From contig OX597814.1 in the NCBI GenBank assembly GCA_951406725.2, positions 23,250,001-23,314,000 of the forward strand: a stretch of DNA of 64,000 nt, written 5' to 3'. The notes beneath the pieces were generated by a model, which did no database searches, was not told the origin of the DNA, and saw nothing but the letters and a program-made list of their open reading frames with translations. Of this stretch, positions 63,178 through 64,000 are shown one piece after another; positions within the stretch are counted from its first letter, which is position 1; the number at the start of each line of letters is the position of its first letter. The position numbers were made by a program, and so were the translations under genes. Origin of the DNA: Octopus vulgaris. Taxonomy: Eukaryota.

Positions 63178-63541
63178 TTTTGGATTTGGTTTGCAAGATT
63201 CTTTATATGAGTTCGTGTGTTGAAGCATATTCTGTTTTGTCTGGGGAGAGACTTTTTTTTGTGCCTTATAATTTAACACACTCACCGGTAAAATTTCCAG
63301 TTATTTCTTATTTTTATTTTCCTAAAATTTTCATTGCATCTTGCAACCTTTTCAATAGTCTTGACTCTGTTCGTTAATGCAGTGTAAATAATGGACAGAG
63401 TCAAGACTATTGAAAAGGTTGCAAGACACAATGAAAATTTAAGGAAAATAAAAATAAGAAATAAGGGGAAATTTTACCAGTGAGTGTGTTAAATTATAAG
63501 GCACAAAAGGAAAATGACTCTCCCCAGACACAACAGAATAT
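63178..63541. mobile_element. Penelope-like fold-back insertion (about 145-bp arms)
   Basis: Arms 63227-63372 and 63393-63541. 14-bp TSD AATATCTTGTGACT (63164-63177, 63537-63550). Confidence 0.85.
63322..63358 (-). ncRNA. Minimal hammerhead-like motif, U3-A8 variant
   Basis: Minus strand CTA-TTGAAAA-G-GTTGCA-aga-TGCAAT-GAAA-AT-TT-TAG. The mirror copy at 63407-63443 is more decayed. Confidence 0.55.
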
Positions 63542-63663
63542 CTTGTGACTATTTTCTGTTTAAATTATTAACAAAATTTACCAAAAAATATCTAATCTAA
63601 CCATCTGTTGCAACTAAAATAACTGGATGAGTTTACATCCATGTGTTAAAGAACACAAAATAT

Positions 63664-63868
63664 AGGTTTCAAACTTTAGGCACTAGAACAGCAATTTTGA
63701 GGAAGGGTAAGCCGATTACATCAACTCTAGTGCGCAATTGGTACATGTTTTATCAACCCCGAAAGGATGAAAGGCAAAGTCACCCCTGGCAGGATTTGAA
63801 CATAAAGATGGATGAAATGCTACCAAGAATTTTGCCTGGTGTGCAAGTGGTTCTGCCAGCATACTGCC
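63664..63868 (-). mobile_element. Older Meta-domain-like SINE
   Basis: CCCCGAAAGGATGAAAGGCAAAGTC..GATTTGAAC. Confidence 0.75.
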
Positions 63869-64000
63869 TTAAACTATACAAGATATTAAATGTTTATGTT
63901 ATATGTAGCAGCAGCTTGAAAATGTTGATAGAATCTCATTAGTCAAGCAAGAAACTAAGGATGCAGAAATATCAGTTGATAGTTACCTGTGTACATGAAT

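Overview
AT-rich, repeat-dense animal genomic DNA. The SINE, RTE, Penelope and microsatellite repertoire points to an octopus (coleoid cephalopod) genome; this is inferred from repeat resemblance, not from a search. There is no intact long protein gene. Most ORFs in the track are microsatellite or SINE artefacts, and the rest are transposon relics (DD34D mariner, maT-like, RTE, CR1, Penelope GIY-YIG). A few small phase-compatible + strand exon candidates (114-170, 1031-1061, 1281-1334, 27944-27980, 58458-58483, 62728-62742) suggest the window is mostly intron at the 3' end of an unidentified gene with alternative C-termini (low confidence). The most notable signal is a set of minimal type I hammerhead ribozyme motifs from several unrelated Penelope-like or retrozyme-like repeats. 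These include a young, TSD-flanked, circularly permuted 360-bp tandem plus inverted retrozyme-like insertion at 31.6-32.5 kb, and a recurrent compensatory U3-A8 core variant. There is also a 5S rRNA-headed SINE-like chimera and a BovA-like RTE derivative with a partial HDV-like 5' fold. All folds and alignments were done by eye, and repeat boundaries without TSDs are approximate.
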